Assembly (NCBI GenBank): GCA_028534125.1
Contig: CM052817.1
Location: 40,426,001 to 40,490,000 of the forward strand
DNA from: Lama glama
Taxonomy: Eukaryota
DNA: 64,000 nucleotides
Reading direction: 5' to 3'
Of the stretch, positions 62,820 to 64,000 are shown piece after piece; within the stretch, counting starts at the first letter, position 1; every line of letters starts with the position of its first letter. Below the pieces are notes generated by a model. That model saw only the letters and a program-made list of their open reading frames with translations. It made no database searches and was not told where the DNA came from. The translations under genes were made by a program, and so were the position numbers.

Positions 62820-63720
62820 ATGCATTAGCTACAGGAAAAGGTTCAGCTGCTGCAAAAAGAAACCCAACAATGTGGCTTAAAAATGAAGTTTTTTTTCCCT
62901 TCAAGTAACAGTCCCAGGTAGGTGTCCCATATCAGTGGGAGAGAAGGGGTTTGTGACAGGCTGTGCTCAACCTCACTTCTTTCTCCTGGTCATCACCATC
63001 TCGGTCCCTGGGAGATGAGTGAGAGACGTGTATGCTGGGCCAGGAAGTCGCACACGTCTCTTCTTCCACATTCCATTGGCGAGAGTTTAGTCCGGTGGCC
63101 ACTCCACAGGGCAGAGGAGGCTGTGCAGCCAAATACCTAGTTATTGTCCTAACACGAAGGGAAAAGGTGACAATGGATCTTCATAGGCAACCAACAGCCT
63201 TGCCGCAGTCAGTCCCTCTGGCTGCCAGGTATCATGAACGCCTTATTTCCAACACAGAGAACCCGCTTAGTTCATCCCAGGGGAGGCCAACAAGAGCCCT
63301 TCTAGTAAACACACCACCTGAAAGTCCATGGTCTCTGGGTTATGCCCAGTCCTTCCTGTCAGGTTCAGGTATTGCTCCTAATGGTCTGACCGCCTGTGAA
63401 CTCAAAGGCAGATTATCTCCCCTGGTAACACTCAGACCCATACTCAGTATGCAGTGATGGAACAGGAGTTAGAAAACCACGATGAAAACTTGCACTTGAA
63501 AATGAAGAGAAAGAAATGCACAGAGCAGCCCCTGACCCACAGCAGTGCTGGCATCCTGGGGCAGGTGGCAGGCAGGCCCCCTGCCCTGGTAGAGGACGAG
63601 GGTCCCTGATTAGACCCTGGTTCTCTTCTTCAGGAGGACCCTCTTGTCCACGGCTCTGTGTGTCCCTTGTCCTTGTCTGGGGGAGGGGAGGCTCTTCTTA
63701 TTCAATTTCCCCTTTAGCCA
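62820..63720 (-). mobile_element. old MaLR LTR (MLT1J/K-like, to ~63200) plus probable MaLR internal sequence
   Basis: cagctgctgcaaaaagaaaccc...gtggcttaaa, cacattccattggcgagagtttagtc; downstream gtgaactcaaaggcagattatctcc resembles MLT-int. Confidence 0.55.
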
Positions 63721-64000
63721 AATCGAAGTGAGTGTGGAGATGTGCCCCCCCCCCAAGAGGCTGGACCACTCTTGCCGCACACTGACTGCTAGTGCAAAGC
63801 TGGAAGTCTGAGAGTACAGGGGTCACAGGGTTTATTGGCTTGGCTGTGGTACCTTTGCAAATACAGATCCCTCTGAAACTCAGCTGGCTTCTGACCTGTT
63901 AAATTCCAGGCAGTTCGCAAGCTAGCAGACTCTCCCAAAGTTCTTTCCACGGCATGCGTCCTGAGCTGTATTTCTTTGTTTCCTTGCCTCCCTCACTGAA

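Overview
Mammalian genomic DNA, most likely camelid: it carries tRNA-derived Vic-1-type SINEs and cetartiodactyl-type L1 3' ends. I found no credible protein-coding exon, and the ORF track is essentially chance or repeat-derived ORFs. The window holds ~21 kb of upstream sequence with a 500-N assembly gap at 11914-12413. A CpG-island promoter (~21.5-22.4 kb) contains a probable non-coding first exon ending at a CAG|GTAGGC donor (21808). More than 42 kb of repeat-rich sequence follows, probably intron 1 of a + strand gene I cannot name with confidence. The most notable element is a decayed, near-complete class III (ERV-L/ERV-S-like) provirus at ~40190-47302, in sense orientation. It has two colinear LTRs, a tRNA-Ser(GCU) primer-binding site, protease/RT/RNase H remnants and a gamma-type env TM remnant whose CX6CC motif is split by a nested solo LTR. 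Its 5' LTR/leader has kept a CpG island while the 3' LTR has lost its CpGs. Other items are a tailless half-tRNA-Leu retrocopy, head-to-head young L1 ends across the gap, a templated fold-back insertion in an old L1, and a CpG-rich L2. Repeat family names come from recall of consensus sequences, not from a database search, and many boundaries are approximate.
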